Assembly (NCBI GenBank): GCA_017744355.1
Contig: JAGIBK010000003.1
Location: 54,547-118,546, forward strand
Reading direction: 5' to 3'
DNA from: a bacterium
GTDB lineage: Bacteria; Cyanobacteriota; Sericytochromatia; S15B-MN24; UBA4093
Length of the DNA: 64,000 nt
The position numbers and the translations under genes are program-made. Below, piece by piece: positions 9,066 to 18,238 of the stretch (positions within the stretch are counted from its first letter, which is position 1; every line of letters starts with the position of its first letter). The notes below the pieces were generated by a model. It had not been told where the DNA came from, ran no database searches, and worked only from the letters and a program-made list of their open reading frames with translations.

Positions 9066-9536
9066 ATGCCGTTTTCCGATCCGAGAGCCGAAGTCCTGAA
9101 TGACCTGTTCGACGGGTTCCGTGGGATGCGCGAGCTGTTCCACGGGCTCATCGCCCTGTACGGCCTGAACATCTCTCACTACGCGGCGCTCAAGCACCTG
9201 CACCGCCAGGGCCCCCGCTCCATGAGCCAGCTGACGAGTTTCCTGAACGTGACCCACGGCGCGAGCACCAGCGTGATCGATCGGCTCGCCGCCATCGGCC
9301 TCGCTGAGCGCCAGGCAGCCCCGCACGATCGCAGGGTCGTGCAGGTCCAAATCACCCTCCAGGGCCAGGAGGTCCTCAAGGCCATCGCCGACGAGTCCAT
9401 CCTGCGCCTGACGACGGTATTCGCCGATCTGTCGAACGACGACCGGCAGCAGCTGGCGCAAGGACTCAAGATCCTCGCCAATTCCATCCGTACCGCCCAC
9501 GCATCCCCGCTTGGAGAGAACCATGCCAACCGCTGA
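9066..9536 (+). CDS. MarR family transcriptional regulator
   Basis: Winged-helix MarR-like sequence (…LNISHYAALKHLHRQGPRSMSQLTSFLNVTHGASTSVIDRLAAIGLAERQ…). AAGGGAGAG RBS before the ATG. First gene of the efflux operon. Confidence 0.85.
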   Translation: MPFSDPRAEVLNDLFDGFRGMRELFHGLIALYGLNISHYAALKHLHRQGPRSMSQLTSFLNVTHGASTSVIDRLAAIGLAERQAAPHDRRVVQVQITLQGQEVLKAIADESILRLTTVFADLSNDDRQQLAQGLKILANSIRTAHASPLGENHANR

Positions 9537-10677
9537 ATCCAGCACCAACGGTCAAGCCCCCGCCCCCGTCGAAGACCTGAAGGTCACCCCGAAGCGCAAG
9601 CCTCCCGTCGTCCTGATGGGCGTGCTCGCCATCGGCCTGGTGATCGGCGGGGTGTACGGCGGCAAGTGGTGGACGCACCGCCAGGCCTTCGTCTCGACCG
9701 AGGACGCCCAGGTCGCAGGCAACCTGATCACCGTCAGCTCGCGCGTGCCGGGCCGCATCGGCCAGCTCCTGGTCGACGAGGGCCAGCAGGTCCAGGCGGG
9801 CCAGGTGGTCGCCGTCCTGGACGAGACCGACTTCAAGGCCCAGCTCGCTCAGGCCGAGGCGGGGCTCGCCGTCGCCAAGACCGGCCTCAAGACCTCCGAG
9901 ACCGGGGTCTCGCTCCAGAGCGCCCAGACCACCTCGCAAATCGCCCAGGCCGAGGCCGGGGTGCGCGCCGCCCGCGCGGCCCTCACCAGTGCCGAAGCCA
10001 GCGCCGAGAAGGCGCACGCCGACCTCTCGCGCGTCGAGCGTCTCTTCGAGGCGGGCGGCATCTCCAAGCAGGCGTACGAAGCCGCCAAGACTGGCGCGAC
10101 CGCGGCCGACTCGGCCCTGACTGCCGCCAAGAGCCAGCTCAGCTCGGCCCAGGAGGGGCTGCGCCTCGCCAACGCCGGCACCCAGGCGGTGAGCATCAAG
10201 CGCGGCGGGGTCGAGACGGTCCAGGCCCAGATCGCCCAGGCCGAGGCCGCGGTCAACCTCGCCAAGCTCCAGCTCGCCCACGCGACCATCACCGCCCCGG
10301 TCTCGGGCGTCATCGCCCGCCGCATGAGCAACCTCGGCGAGCAGGTCGCCCCCGGCCAGGGCCTCTACTCGCTGACCGAGACCGACAAGGTCTGGATCTC
10401 GAGCTACATCGAGGAGACCTACATCCGCCGCGTCCACCAGGGTGCTCCGGTCGACATCCGCATCGACGCCTACCCCGGCAAGACCTTCCACGGCAAGGTC
10501 CAGCAGGTCGGCTCGGTCACCGGCGGCCAGTTCTCGCTCTTGCCCGCCAACAACGCCGCCGGCAACTTCACCAAGGTCGTCCAGCGCATCCCGGTCAAGA
10601 TCGCCGTCGAGGACCAGGGCCACGAGCTGAAGCCCGGCATGTCCGCCGTCATCGACATCGACGCCCGCACGCTGTAA
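9523..10677 (+). CDS. HlyD/EmrA-family membrane fusion protein (efflux periplasmic adaptor)
   Basis: N-terminal TM anchor and long coiled-coil Ala/Gln-rich region typical of EmrA/HlyD adaptors. ATG 9523 preceded by GGAGAG; overlaps the marR stop. Confidence 0.88.
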   Translation: MPTAESSTNGQAPAPVEDLKVTPKRKPPVVLMGVLAIGLVIGGVYGGKWWTHRQAFVSTEDAQVAGNLITVSSRVPGRIGQLLVDEGQQVQAGQVVAVLDETDFKAQLAQAEAGLAVAKTGLKTSETGVSLQSAQTTSQIAQAEAGVRAARAALTSAEASAEKAHADLSRVERLFEAGGISKQAYEAAKTGATAADSALTAAKSQLSSAQEGLRLANAGTQAVSIKRGGVETVQAQIAQAEAAVNLAKLQLAHATITAPVSGVIARRMSNLGEQVAPGQGLYSLTETDKVWISSYIEETYIRRVHQGAPVDIRIDAYPGKTFHGKVQQVGSVTGGQFSLLPANNAAGNFTKVVQRIPVKIAVEDQGHELKPGMSAVIDIDARTL

Positions 10678-10689
10678 CCAGGAGGCCCC

Positions 10690-12285
10690 ATGGCCATCGC
10701 AAGCCCGCGCAAGGGGTTCCAGAACCCGTTCGCCAAGCTGATCACGGATCAGAACTACATGTGGTGGGCGGCCCTGCCGGTCATCATGGGCATGTTCATC
10801 GTCATCATCGACTCGAGCATCGTCAACGTGGCGCTGCCGCACATCATGGCGGCTTTCGGCTCCAACGTCGACGACATCGAGTGGATCTCGACCGGGTACA
10901 TGCTCGCCGCCGCGGCCATGATGCCGACCACCGGCTTCTTGGCCGATCGCTTCGGCCGCAAGAAGCTCTACGCCATCGCCATCTTCCTGTTCACCCTCAC
11001 CTCCATGCTGTGCGGAGCGGCATGGAGCGCCGAGAGCCTCATCTTCTTCCGCATCCTCCAGGGGATCGCGGGCGGCGCCATCCAGCCCGTCGGGCAAGCC
11101 ATCGTCTTCGAGGCGTTCCCGCCCGAAAAGCGCGGCATGTCCATGGCCATCGTGGGCATCGGTGCCATGCTCGCCCCGACCCTGGGCCCCACCCTGGGCG
11201 GGTACCTGGTCGAGTACATCAACTGGCGGTGGATCTTCTACGTCAACCTGGTCCCGGGGCTCATCGCCACCTTCATGGCCGCTGCGGTCCTGCGCGAGAC
11301 GGCCCTCAAGAACGTCAAGATGGACGTCTGGGGCTTCGTCTCCATGGCGATCTTCCTCTCGACCTTCCTGGTGGGCGTCAGCGACGGCCACGCCAAGGGC
11401 TGGGACAGCCCCTACATCTTGGGCCTGTTCGCGGTGGCCGCCGTCAGCTTCGGCCTCTTCCTCGTGATCGAGCTGTGGCGCAAGGAGCCCCTCATCGACC
11501 TACGCCTGTTCAAGAACTTCACCTACAGCGCGGGCACCGTCGCCTCCATCGTCATGGGCATCGGCCTGTTCGGGGGCATGTTCCTGCTGCCGGTCTTCCT
11601 GCAGACCGTCATGGGCTTCGACGCGGTCAAGACCGGCCTCATCATGCTGCCCTCGGGCCTATCGGTCGCCTTCATGATGCCGGTCGCGGGGCTGCTCTCC
11701 AACCGGCTGGACCCGCGGGTGCCGCTGATCGGGGGCCTCAGCCTGATGGGCCTCTCGCTCATCCTCCAGTCCCACATGACCCCCGAGACGCCGCTCTTGA
11801 CCATCTACGGCTGGACCATCCTGCGCGGTATCGGCATGGGGCTCGCCTTCCCCAGCATGAACCAAACGGCCCTGGGGGCGGTCCCCATCCAGAAGATCGG
11901 CCAGGCATCGGGCCTCTTCAACGTCACCCGTCAGATCGGCGGCAGCTTCGGCATCGCGATCCTCGCCACCATCCTGAGCCAGCGCACGGCCTTCCATACA
12001 GCCATTCTGGGCCAGGACGCGGCCCGCACCGGCGTGGCGGGCCACGCCATCGGCGCGCTCAAGGGGCTGATGCTGAGCCACGGCGCAAGCCCTCACGTCG
12101 CTCAGCAACAAGCCGGCGCCGTGATCGGCATGCTCGCGGGCAAGCAGGCCGCCGTCCTCGCCTTCCAGGACACCTTCTGGATCTCGGGGATCATCATGTT
12201 CGCGGGTGCTATCCCCGCCCTCTTCCTGGTCAAGAAGAAACAACAAGGCCAAGCGGGCGCTGCCCACATGGCCGTGATCGAGTAA
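10690..12285 (+). CDS. MFS transporter, DHA2 (EmrB/QacA) drug-efflux family, 14-TMS type
   Basis: MFS signature GFLADRFGRKK and many hydrophobic spans; position between the adaptor and the TolC-like gene. Confidence 0.9.
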   Translation: MAIASPRKGFQNPFAKLITDQNYMWWAALPVIMGMFIVIIDSSIVNVALPHIMAAFGSNVDDIEWISTGYMLAAAAMMPTTGFLADRFGRKKLYAIAIFLFTLTSMLCGAAWSAESLIFFRILQGIAGGAIQPVGQAIVFEAFPPEKRGMSMAIVGIGAMLAPTLGPTLGGYLVEYINWRWIFYVNLVPGLIATFMAAAVLRETALKNVKMDVWGFVSMAIFLSTFLVGVSDGHAKGWDSPYILGLFAVAAVSFGLFLVIELWRKEPLIDLRLFKNFTYSAGTVASIVMGIGLFGGMFLLPVFLQTVMGFDAVKTGLIMLPSGLSVAFMMPVAGLLSNRLDPRVPLIGGLSLMGLSLILQSHMTPETPLLTIYGWTILRGIGMGLAFPSMNQTALGAVPIQKIGQASGLFNVTRQIGGSFGIAILATILSQRTAFHTAILGQDAARTGVAGHAIGALKGLMLSHGASPHVAQQQAGAVIGMLAGKQAAVLAFQDTFWISGIIMFAGAIPALFLVKKKQQGQAGAAHMAVIE

Positions 12286-12325
12286 CCCCTACGACTATCC
12301 CTGACGGCACCGGAGGCCGCTTGCC

Positions 12326-13636
12326 ATGAACCATCCCCTCACCCGGGGCCTTTCGCCCCTCCTCGCCGCCGCGACGCTTGCCGTCGCCACCCTCCCGGCT
12401 CAGGCGGCCGAGCAACCCCTCGACCTGCGCGCGGCGGTATCGGCCGCGCTCGACACCAGCCCCGCCGTCACCGCCGCCGAGGCCAAGATCGGCGCCGCCG
12501 AGGCCCGGCAGGGCGAGGCGAACGCCCGGGTGCTGCCAACCGTGACCCTCAGCGCCATGCCGGTTCACATCGGGATCCTCGACAACAACCTCTCGCGCAT
12601 GCTCAAGGCGATGGCCCCGGGCCTCAGTCTCGATTTCATGCTCAGCGAGACGCTGACCGTCACCCAGCCCCTCTTCACCGGCGGCCGCATCGGGCTCGGC
12701 CGCGAGGCCGCCGAGGCAGGCAAGGCCATGGCCCAAGAGGGCGCGCGCCTCTCGCGCCAGAACGTCGCCTTCGAGACCGCCACCTACTACCTCAACGTGC
12801 TGCGCGCCGAGAGCCTGCTCGAAGCGGTCCTCGAGAACGATCGCCAGGCACAGGCCCACCTCAAGGACGCCCAGGCCCGCGAGAAGAACGGGCTCGGCAC
12901 CCGCTTCGACACCCTCCAGGCCCAGACGGCCCTCGCCAACGTCAAGGGCCGGGTCATCCAGGCCCGCAACGCGGTCAAGCTCGCTCGGCTGAGCCTCTCG
13001 ACGGCGATCCACCAGCCGCTCAACGACCGCCCCCTGGCAGCCCCCAGCCTCCCGATGTTCAAGATCAGCGAGAGCAGCATCGCAAGCGGCATCGAGGCCC
13101 GGCCCGAGGTGAAGGTCGCCCAGGGCCAGCAGAAGATCAATGCCCTCAGCACCGAGATCAGCCGACGCTCCCTGCTGCCCACCGTGGGGGTCCAGGGCAT
13201 CCTCTTGGCCGACAAGCTCAACGTGCCGGGCTACGCCGTCATGGGCTCGGCCAGCTGGGAGCTCTTTGATGGCGGCAAGGTCCACGCCCAGATCCGCGCG
13301 GGCGAGAAGACCGAGGAGGCCGATGTGGCGAACCTCCAAGCCATGCGCGAAGGGCTCCGGCTCGAGGTCGAGAAGGCGATCGCCGATCGCAGCGAGGCCA
13401 AAGAGCGGATTACAGCCGCCGAGCAGGGTCTGAAGGCCGCTCAGGCCGGCTACGACCTGGCTCAGCTACGCTACAGCGAAGGGGCCGGCACCGGCACCGA
13501 GGCCATCGACGCGGCCAGCACCATGTCCCAGGCCCGCGCGACCTACATCCAGGCCACCTACGACGCCTTGGCCGCCGAGCTCAAGATCGCCAAGGCCCTC
13601 GGGCTGGACCTGGCGGGAATGCTGCGCAAGGCATAA
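12326..13636 (+). CDS. TolC-family outer-membrane efflux protein
   Basis: Signal peptide and coiled-coil-rich TolC-like sequence; last gene of the marR-adaptor-MFS-OMP operon. Confidence 0.85.
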   Translation: MNHPLTRGLSPLLAAATLAVATLPAQAAEQPLDLRAAVSAALDTSPAVTAAEAKIGAAEARQGEANARVLPTVTLSAMPVHIGILDNNLSRMLKAMAPGLSLDFMLSETLTVTQPLFTGGRIGLGREAAEAGKAMAQEGARLSRQNVAFETATYYLNVLRAESLLEAVLENDRQAQAHLKDAQAREKNGLGTRFDTLQAQTALANVKGRVIQARNAVKLARLSLSTAIHQPLNDRPLAAPSLPMFKISESSIASGIEARPEVKVAQGQQKINALSTEISRRSLLPTVGVQGILLADKLNVPGYAVMGSASWELFDGGKVHAQIRAGEKTEEADVANLQAMREGLRLEVEKAIADRSEAKERITAAEQGLKAAQAGYDLAQLRYSEGAGTGTEAIDAASTMSQARATYIQATYDALAAELKIAKALGLDLAGMLRKA

Positions 13637-13648
13637 TCCTCGAAGCAG

Positions 13649-13682
13649 ACGAGGCCCGCCATCCTGGGACGGCGGGCCTCGT
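13649..13682. terminator. Hairpin between convergent genes (putative bidirectional terminator)
   Basis: acgaggcccgcc / ggcgggcctcgt 12-bp stem, followed on the plus strand by ttcgtcctgtt. Confidence 0.6.
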
Positions 13683-13704
13683 TTCGTCCTGTTGGGTCCT
13701 GCCG

Positions 13705-14202
13705 TTACCAGCGCTTAGGAGGCGCGCTCTTCTTGCTGCTGCCGCTGCTGAGGTTGTTGCCGTTGCCCGTCTGCTGGCTGGAGCCGCCGACGGCTTGGTT
13801 GTTCTGGTTGATGCGCACCTTCGAGCGATCGCCGGCATAGACGTCGCTGTAGTTGAGCTGCATCGTGTTGCCGCTGTTGCCCCACTCGCCGAAGTTGTCG
13901 CGGTTGTCGCTCGGCCCACCCGAGCCGCTCTTGGAGCCCGACCCACCGCTGCTCGCGTTGTTGCGGTTGCCGACTTGCTGGGCGGCGCCACCGACCGCCT
14001 GGTTGTTTTGATTGACGGAGACGTTCGACTTGGATCCGGCCTTCACCTTGCTCACGTTCGCCTGATAGGTGTTGCCGCTGTCGTCCCAGTCACCGAAGTT
14101 GTTGCGGTTGTCCGAGCCCTGGATCGACCCCACCGGGCTGTGCCCGCAGGCCACCGTGGTGAGGAGCACCGCCACAATCGCGGAAAGATGAACAATACGC
14201 AT
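13705..14202 (-). CDS. Secreted protein / possible lipoprotein with two internally duplicated Asn/Gly/Ser-rich ~60-aa repeats
   Basis: Signal peptide MRIVHLSAIVAVLLTTVAC. Two homologous repeats (DNRNNFGDWDDSGNT…NQNNQAVGG… and DNRDNFGEWGNSGNT…NQNNQAVGG…). RBS AAGGGGGA upstream of ATG 14202. Confidence 0.72.
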   Translation of the reverse strand: MRIVHLSAIVAVLLTTVACGHSPVGSIQGSDNRNNFGDWDDSGNTYQANVSKVKAGSKSNVSVNQNNQAVGGAAQQVGNRNNASSGGSGSKSGSGGPSDNRDNFGEWGNSGNTMQLNYSDVYAGDRSKVRINQNNQAVGGSSQQTGNGNNLSSGSSKKSAPPKRW

Positions 14203-14631
14203 GTTTCAAGTCCCCCTTCTTAATACTGGTCGTACGCTACGCCGTACCTTCTGCACGGGTTGCGGGGCAACTATAGGCTGCCAGCAGTCCGGAAAAATAC
14301 CCCGCCTCGCCGCATCATCTTTGGGCAAGAGCACCCAAGTGGCCGTTGAGCAAGCGGCCTGAAATGCAATAATTGAGCGCATTTGAGAGGGCACGGTCAG
14401 CGACGGGCAAGCAAGCAAAGGATAGGCCTCATTTCTTCTCCCGAACGACGGAAGACTCCGCGCCCCACCTGCGATGGCGCCTCTCAGCGGCACACGCCGG
14501 CGGCGGAGCGAAGGCGGGCTCTCCTTCGGCCCAGAACCGTCACCCCCTTCATTCCGCGCGACGCAGGGCGCAATCCCACAAAGCAAGGTCCGAGACTGGA
14601 CGCGTCCCCGCAGCGACCGTAAGATAAGGGC

Positions 14632-15465
14632 ATGAGCGACATCCAGCACCCTTTGACCCTCAACGCCCCCCTCTGCACCACTTTCCTCGAGAAGTTCCTC
14701 GTCAACGAGGTCACGAAGGTGGGCTTCAAGCGAGTCGTACTCGGCCTCTCCGGCGGCATCGACTCGGCGCTCGTGGTCTACCTGGCGGTGCGGGCGCTCG
14801 GCCCTGAAGCGGTGAGCGTCATCGCCATGCCCTACAAGTCGAGCAATCCCGAGAGCCTCGCCCACGCGCAGCTCATCGCGGACGACCTGGGCCTCTCGCT
14901 CATGACCGAAGAGATCACCCCGATGGTTGACGCCTTCTACGCGCGCCACCCGGAGGCGAGCGCCCACCGGCGCGGCAACTTCATGGCCCGCCAGCGGATG
15001 TGCGTCCTCTACGACCACTCGGCATTGGTCAATGGCCTGGTGCTCGGCACCTCCAACAAGACCGAGCTCCTCCTGGGCTACGGCACCCAGCACGGCGACC
15101 TGGCCTCGGCCTTGAACCCACTGGGCGACCTCTACAAGACCCAGGTCCGCCAACTCTCGCGTTACGTCGGCGTCCCTGCTCCGGTCATCGACAAGCCGCC
15201 TTCGGCGGACCTGTTCGAAGGGCAGAGCGACGAGGCGGATCTCGGCTTCACCTACGACGAAGTCGACCGCTTGCTCTATCACCTGGTGGACCTGCGCAAG
15301 AGCCGCGAGGAGGTCCTGGCCCTGGGCTTCTCGCCCGAGATGCTCAAGACCGTCGAGCGGCGCATCCGCCTGAACCACTTCAAGCGCCGCCCGCCCATCC
15401 TGCCCAAGATCTCGAACCGCACCATGGACAAGGACTTCCACTACCTCAGGGATTGGGGCGTCTAA
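14632..15465 (+). CDS. nadE: NH3-dependent NAD+ synthetase
   Basis: PP-loop motif GLSGGIDS and NadE-like sequence throughout. Confidence 0.9.
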   Translation: MSDIQHPLTLNAPLCTTFLEKFLVNEVTKVGFKRVVLGLSGGIDSALVVYLAVRALGPEAVSVIAMPYKSSNPESLAHAQLIADDLGLSLMTEEITPMVDAFYARHPEASAHRRGNFMARQRMCVLYDHSALVNGLVLGTSNKTELLLGYGTQHGDLASALNPLGDLYKTQVRQLSRYVGVPAPVIDKPPSADLFEGQSDEADLGFTYDEVDRLLYHLVDLRKSREEVLALGFSPEMLKTVERRIRLNHFKRRPPILPKISNRTMDKDFHYLRDWGV

Positions 15466-15479
15466 GCCTCGCTCGAACG

Positions 15480-16283
15480 TTAGTAGGGCGAGTCCTTCGG
15501 TTTCCCCCCCTTGGGCCAGTCGTGGACCTTCGGCCCGAAGTCGGGGCGGGGCTGCGAGAGCAGGTAGGCGGCCACGTCGTACGCCTGCTGGTCGCTGAGG
15601 GTGCCCCCCTGCCCCAGGGGCATGTTCCACTTGATGAAGGCCGCCGCCGTGTCGAGCCGCGCCATGCCGGCTCCGATATTGAAGGAGCGCTCGCCCCAGA
15701 GGGGCGGGAAGGCGGCCGTCCCTTGTCCATCGGGCCCGTGGCACTGCGCGCAGCTCGTCCCGTAGACCTGGCTTCCACGTTTCGCGTCAGGGGGAGCGGA
15801 CGGGCTGATCCGGGAAAAACCTTGGCCTTCGACCTTCATGCCCGTCGGCACTCCCTCCGAGAGCCAGGCCATGTAGGCGACCAGGGCGGTCATCTCTCGG
15901 CTCTCGTAGGGCAGGGCCTTGCCGTTCAGGCTGCGCTGGAAACAGTCGTTGATCCGATCTTCGATCCGATCGACCTTTCCGCTCCGGGCGCGGTACTGGG
16001 GAAAGCTGGCATACACCCCGACGTACGGGGCCGCCTTCGGCTTGCGGCCCGCCTCCAGGTGACAGTTGGTGCAGCTCAGGGCGTTGCCGACGTAGGGCTT
16101 GGCGAAAACGCCCGTCTGGGTGACGATCCGCTGGCCGTATCGGATCGTCTCGCCGCGCACGTCCGAGGGGAGCATCGCCTCGGATGGCGGGTTGAAGGGG
16201 GCGACGGGGGCGGCACCCGAAGATGGCGTCGCCCCGAGCGCCAGGAGCGCCCAGGCGGTGATCGCCACTGCTTGCAAGTTCAT
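15480..16283 (-). CDS. Diheme c-type cytochrome (TsdA/thiosulfate-dehydrogenase-like family)
   Basis: Signal peptide; two CxxCH heme-binding motifs (CTNCH, CAQCH). RBS GAGGAGG 5 nt upstream of ATG 16283. Confidence 0.85.
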   Translation of the reverse strand: MNLQAVAITAWALLALGATPSSGAAPVAPFNPPSEAMLPSDVRGETIRYGQRIVTQTGVFAKPYVGNALSCTNCHLEAGRKPKAAPYVGVYASFPQYRARSGKVDRIEDRINDCFQRSLNGKALPYESREMTALVAYMAWLSEGVPTGMKVEGQGFSRISPSAPPDAKRGSQVYGTSCAQCHGPDGQGTAAFPPLWGERSFNIGAGMARLDTAAAFIKWNMPLGQGGTLSDQQAYDVAAYLLSQPRPDFGPKVHDWPKGGKPKDSPY

Positions 16284-16307
16284 GGCGCCTCCTCGCTTCG
16301 CGGCACG

Positions 16308-16361
16308 CCCTCAAACGAACGGCCGGCCACTCGAATGAGCAGCCGGCCGTTTGTTTGAGGG
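16308..16361 (-). terminator. Long hairpin (19-bp stem with one G-U wobble, 16-nt loop) immediately downstream of the pepA stop
   Basis: ccctcaaacgaacggccgg (16308-16326) pairs with ccggccgtttgtttgaggg (16343-16361). No U-tract; shares the CCCTCAAACGAA start with the hairpin at 3042. Confidence 0.5.
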
Positions 16362-16364
16362 ATG

Positions 16365-18017
16365 TTACTTCTTGGTCGCCTTCTTGGCGGCCGGGGCCTT
16401 CGCAGCCGGCGCCTTGGCGGCAGCCTTCGCGGGGGCCTTGGCGGCGGTGGTCTTGGCCGGAGCCTTGGCCGCAGCCTTCAGGGTCGCGGGCTGGGGAGCC
16501 GAGGCGGCCTCAGCGGCGTACTCGGTGGCCAGCTCGACCAAGAGGCGGACGCCGATGCCGGTCGCGCCCTTGGGCACGTAGGCGGAGCCCTTCTCGTTCC
16601 ACGCGGTGCCCGCGATGTCGAGGTGGGTCCAGGGGTAGTTCTTGGCGAACTTCGACAAGAAGGCGCCGGCGGTGATGGTGCCGCCCGCGCGGCCGCCCGT
16701 GTTCTTGAGGTCGGCCACGTCGCTCTTGATCAGATCGAAGTAGTCGTCCCACATGGGCAGCTTCCAGGCGCGCTCGGCCGAACGCTCGCCAGCCTGGCGG
16801 ACCTTCTCGCCGAAGGCGTCGTCGTTGGTCATCAGGCCGATGGCCTGGGTGCCCAGGGCGATGACGCAGGCGCCGGTCAGGGTCGCGAGGTCGACCACGC
16901 CGCGGGGCTTGTAGCGCTCGGCGTAGGTCAGGGCGTCGGCGAGGATCAGGCGACCCTCGGCGTCGGTGTTGATGACCTCGATGGTCAGGCCGCTCATGGA
17001 GGTGAGCACGTCGCCGGGGTGGATGGCGTCGCCCGAGGGCATGTTCTCGGTGGCGGGCACCAGGGCGACTACGTTGACGGGCAACGCGAGCTTGGCGATC
17101 GCGCGGATGGCGCCGATGACCGCCGCAGCGCCGGCCATGTCGTACTTCATCTTCTCCATGCCCTCGCCGGGCTTGATGGAGATACCGCCCGAGTCGAAGG
17201 TGATGCCCTTACCGACGAAGACCAAGGGAGCTTCCTTGTCGCCGTTGGGCATGTACTCGAGGACGATGAAGCGGGGAGGCTCGGCGTCGATGGAGCCCTG
17301 GGCGACACCCAGGAACGAGCCCATGCCTTCCTTCTTGATCTGCTTCTCGTCGAGGACCTTGCAGGTGATCCCGACTTCGGCGGCCATCTTCTTGGCCATC
17401 TCGGCCATGGTCGAGGGGGTCAGGTCGTTGGGGGGCATGGAGACCATGTCCCGGCTCAGGGCCACCGCATCCGCGATCGCCTCGGCCTCGGCCTGGGCCT
17501 CGCCGATGAGCTCGGCCTGCGCCTTGTCGGCGGCAAGCAGGGTCACGCCGTCGAGATACTTGTGCTTGTCCTTGTTCTCGGTGCGGTAGACGTTGAACTG
17601 GTAGTTACCGAGCAGCATGCCCTCGACGAAGGCGCGAGCGGTCGCATGCGCGTCGATGTCCTCGGCGTCGAGGCCGAAGACCGCGGTCGAAAAGGTCTTG
17701 ATGCCCAGGTCGCGGGCAGTCACGGTCGCCTTGCCGGCGGCCTGGCGCACGCGCTCCACGGTCAGCTCGGCGGGCTTGCCGAGGCCCACGAGCAGCAGGC
17801 GCTTGGCGCCGAGCTTGCCGCCGGTGGGGATCATCATGGTCTGGTTGAGCTTGCCGGCGAAGTCGCCCGACTTGAGCACGTCGGCGACGATACCGCCGAG
17901 GGCCTTGTCCACGGCCTGCGCGTCGGCGCCGAGCTTGCTCTCACCTTCGAACAGGGCGATCGCGATCAGTTCGCCTTTCTCGGCGGCCGGAGCACCGGTC
18001 TTGATGGTTAGCTTCAT
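16365..18017 (-). CDS. pepA: Leucyl aminopeptidase (M17 family) with a C-terminal Ala/Lys/Pro-rich histone-H1-like tail
   Basis: M17 signature NTDAEGRL and VGKGITFDSGG. C-terminal ~45 residues are AKAPAKTTAAKAPAKAAAKAPAAKAPAAKKATKK. RBS GAGGAG upstream of ATG 18017. Confidence 0.92.
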   Translation of the reverse strand: MKLTIKTGAPAAEKGELIAIALFEGESKLGADAQAVDKALGGIVADVLKSGDFAGKLNQTMMIPTGGKLGAKRLLLVGLGKPAELTVERVRQAAGKATVTARDLGIKTFSTAVFGLDAEDIDAHATARAFVEGMLLGNYQFNVYRTENKDKHKYLDGVTLLAADKAQAELIGEAQAEAEAIADAVALSRDMVSMPPNDLTPSTMAEMAKKMAAEVGITCKVLDEKQIKKEGMGSFLGVAQGSIDAEPPRFIVLEYMPNGDKEAPLVFVGKGITFDSGGISIKPGEGMEKMKYDMAGAAAVIGAIRAIAKLALPVNVVALVPATENMPSGDAIHPGDVLTSMSGLTIEVINTDAEGRLILADALTYAERYKPRGVVDLATLTGACVIALGTQAIGLMTNDDAFGEKVRQAGERSAERAWKLPMWDDYFDLIKSDVADLKNTGGRAGGTITAGAFLSKFAKNYPWTHLDIAGTAWNEKGSAYVPKGATGIGVRLLVELATEYAAEAASAPQPATLKAAAKAPAKTTAAKAPAKAAAKAPAAKAPAAKKATKK

Positions 18018-18238
18018 AGAGACTCCTCAATTCGTTCGACGGCCTGAGCGATCCGCTTATTTAAGCCCGTCTAAACCCCATGATAACAGATTTTCGCGCA
18101 TGCTCGCTCGCGCGCAGGAACGTGACGAGCTTGTGAGGTTTCGATAAATCTATCAGGGGACGGGTATAGTCATGTCAGGCGAGGGTCATCCCCCTCGCCC
18201 CTCGCCGGCCTACTTTCAGAAATGGTTGACGGATTCGC

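Noticed and set aside
9466-13339. ORFs 9466..11391 (-), 9666..12329 (+, 887 aa) and 12230..13339 (-)
   Set aside because: Frame-shifted or antisense shadows of the emrA/emrB/tolC-like genes; Arg/Pro/Gly-rich, no membrane-protein character, no RBS.
14206-18011. ORFs 14206..15744 (-), 15000..16358 (+), 15787..16314 (-) and 16362..18011 (+)
   Set aside because: Overlap nadE, the cytochrome c gene and pepA in other frames or strands; low-complexity Arg/Gly-rich translations; the motif-bearing frames were chosen instead.
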